Assembly: GCA_964561475.1 (NCBI GenBank)
Contig: CAZLPU010000007.1
Coordinates: 15,367-79,366 of the forward strand
Source of the DNA: an uncultured Alphaproteobacteria bacterium
GTDB taxonomy: Bacteria; Pseudomonadota; Alphaproteobacteria; JAJFIK01
Direction of reading: 5' to 3'
Length of the DNA: 64,000 nucleotides
Shown here piece after piece: positions 62,543 through 64,000 of this stretch (position 1 is the stretch's first letter; every line of letters starts with the position of its first letter). The notes under the pieces are model-generated. The model was not told the origin of the DNA, made no database searches, and worked only from the letters and a program-made list of their open reading frames with translations. The position numbers and the translations under genes were made by a program.

Positions 62543-63535
62543 ATGACCATTGCCCCGCCGTTGAATGTCGAGACTGTCAGTATACGGTATGGCTCCGTCA
62601 CCGTGGTGGACCAGGTGTCCCTGTCCATCGGACGGGGCGAAATTTACGGTCTGCTCGGGCCCAATGGTGCGGGCAAATCCACGTTGATCCGGGCGATCTC
62701 CGGGCGTCTGCCTTTGGCGGGCGGCGGGGTGCAGATCGAGGGCAGAGCCATCACCCCCGGAACCGGTCCCTCCCGCCATCTCGGACGGGTGCCCCAGAAG
62801 CCGGCCCTGTTCGACCATCTGACGGTGCGCGAAAACCTCTTCACCTTTGCCCGCTTGTTCGGGGTTTCAGGGCGCACAGTGCGCCGCAAGGTCGAGGAGA
62901 TCCTCGAAGCCATCGGCCTTCAGGAGGCCGCGGGGCGTCCGGCGGACCGGCTTTCCGGGGGCATGCGCCAACGGCTCCACATGGGGGCGGCCCTGCTCAC
63001 CGAACCCAGCATTCTCATTCTCGATGAACCAACAGTGGGCGTCGATCTCGCCTCCCGCCGGGGCCTTTACGACATCCTTCTGGGATTGCGCGACCGGGGC
63101 CTCGCCATTCTGCTCACCACCCATGACCTGCCCGAGGCCCGGCTGCTCAGCGACCGGATCGGCATTCTGATCGCTGGTCAACTCACCGCTGAGGGGACGC
63201 CCGAGGCACTGATCCAGGCCCGGTTCGGCGGCAAGCGTCATGCCCGTGTGGTCTGCCGTCCCGGCACCCAGGACTGGGAAACCACATTCCTTGAGACCCT
63301 CGGCCTTACGTGTATGGACGCCGGGCAGGAGTGGATCGGCATGGTGGACGAGGCATCGGTCATGCCCCGCCTGTTCGAGGCCTGCCGGGAGCGCAGCGAC
63401 TTGATCGCTGAAATGACCCTGACCCGGCCGGATCTCGCGGATTTGCTTGACGATCTCACCGGAACCAAACCGGTGCCCGCCGGAGAGACGGCAACCCTCG
63501 GCCGCCTGGCGGCACGGGAAGGAGGGCAGCCATGA
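62543..63535 (+). CDS. ABC transporter ATP-binding protein (ABC-2/DrrA-like).
   Basis: Walker A is GPNGAGKST, the signature is LSGGMRQRL and Walker B is ILILDEPT, followed by the H-loop TTHDL. Confidence 0.88.
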   Translation: MTIAPPLNVETVSIRYGSVTVVDQVSLSIGRGEIYGLLGPNGAGKSTLIRAISGRLPLAGGGVQIEGRAITPGTGPSRHLGRVPQKPALFDHLTVRENLFTFARLFGVSGRTVRRKVEEILEAIGLQEAAGRPADRLSGGMRQRLHMGAALLTEPSILILDEPTVGVDLASRRGLYDILLGLRDRGLAILLTTHDLPEARLLSDRIGILIAGQLTAEGTPEALIQARFGGKRHARVVCRPGTQDWETTFLETLGLTCMDAGQEWIGMVDEASVMPRLFEACRERSDLIAEMTLTRPDLADLLDDLTGTKPVPAGETATLGRLAAREGGQP

Positions 63536-64000
63536 AACGCATCGCCATTGCCCGGGCCATGGCCCTCGGTCTGTTCCGCGACACCGGTGCCCTTGCCATG
63601 GCTTTTGTCACGCCGCCGGTGGTGTTCGTGATCTTCGCTTTGATTTTTTCGCGCACCGGCGGAGCGGATCTCCAGGTCGCCGTGGCCATTGCCGACGAGG
63701 TGGGCAGCGCGGATTCCCAGGCCGTGATCGAGGCCCTGGGCGAGGCCTCCACCATCCGCCCCGTTGGAGAGGTGCAGATCAGCCGGGCGGGAGTGGAGGC
63801 CATGCTGCGCCGTGGCGAGGCGGATGCAGCCCTGGTTTTGAGCCCGGCGCCCCAGCCCGGTCCGCCCGCCTTTTTCACGGTTCTCGAAGCGCCCTCCCGG
63901 GAAATCGCGGCCGTGGTGCTGGACGGGACCATCCGGGAGCTTTTGCGACAGAGTACCGCCGTGGCTCCGCTGCCCCTGGACCGGGTCTCCGTGGGTCCGG
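63532..64000 (+). CDS. ABC-2 type transporter permease, 3'-truncated by the window edge.
   Basis: My own translation from the ATG at 63532 (ATGA overlap with the ATPase stop) is MKRIAIARAMALGLFRDTGALAMAFVTPPVVFVIFALIF..., open to nt 64000. One TM is followed by a soluble loop, as in ABC-2 permeases. This ORF is absent from the supplied track. Confidence 0.6.
   Translation, partial: MKRIAIARAMALGLFRDTGALAMAFVTPPVVFVIFALIFSRTGGADLQVAVAIADEVGSADSQAVIEALGEASTIRPVGEVQISRAGVEAMLRRGEADAALVLSPAPQPGPPAFFTVLEAPSREIAAVVLDGTIRELLRQSTAVAPLPLDRVSVGP

Noticed and set aside
62543-64000. The ABC transporter as the type I secretion system for the two RTX proteins.
   Set aside because: The ATPase is a stand-alone ~330-aa ABC-2/DrrA-type subunit followed by a separate permease. 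There is no fused TMD-ABC (HlyB-like), no membrane fusion protein and no C39 domain.

Overview
High-GC (about 65% by eye) bacterial chromosomal segment, densely coding. Gene content suggests a pigmented, non-phototrophic proteobacterium, possibly an alphaproteobacterium (weak inference). No rRNA, tRNA, CRISPR array, integrase or transposase was recognised. Left to right: (1) an RTX-tailed GDSL lipase; (2) a 1448-aa beta-phosphoglucomutase/trehalose-phosphatase/GH65 fusion with a PfkB kinase; (3) a CYP153-type P450 without adjacent redox partners, next to a TonB C-terminal remnant; (4) a 1042-aa RTX/CBM2-like/PA14 surface protein with Pro-Glu linkers; (5) crtB-crtY plus an overlapping PNPOx-like gene; (6) a ~24 kb polysaccharide locus (17.3-41.6 kb) with yjbE/H/F-like genes, a very large Wza-like exporter, Wzy- and Wzz-like proteins, five glycosyltransferases, rmlCBDA, and a DegT aminotransferase, methyltransferase, 2OG-Fe(II) oxygenase and AsnB-like enzyme; (7) a ~2.5 kb low-GC insert (about 41.7-44.2 kb) with two translationally coupled, envelope-targeted ORFs I cannot assign to any family, which is the best candidate for something undescribed; (8) AGE-family isomerase, pgi and manC; (9) a GreA-like factor, a fatty-acid desaturase, a GH8 glycanase, a PQQ sugar dehydrogenase and a CgeB-like transferase; (10) a ~1 kb repeat-rich intergenic region; (11) an S9 peptidase homologue lacking the catalytic serine; (12) divergent crtI/crtE; (13) an ABC-2 transporter running off the window. 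Most other long ORFs in the six-frame track are antisense shadow ORFs typical of high-GC DNA. All family calls come from motif recognition by eye, and no database search was run.
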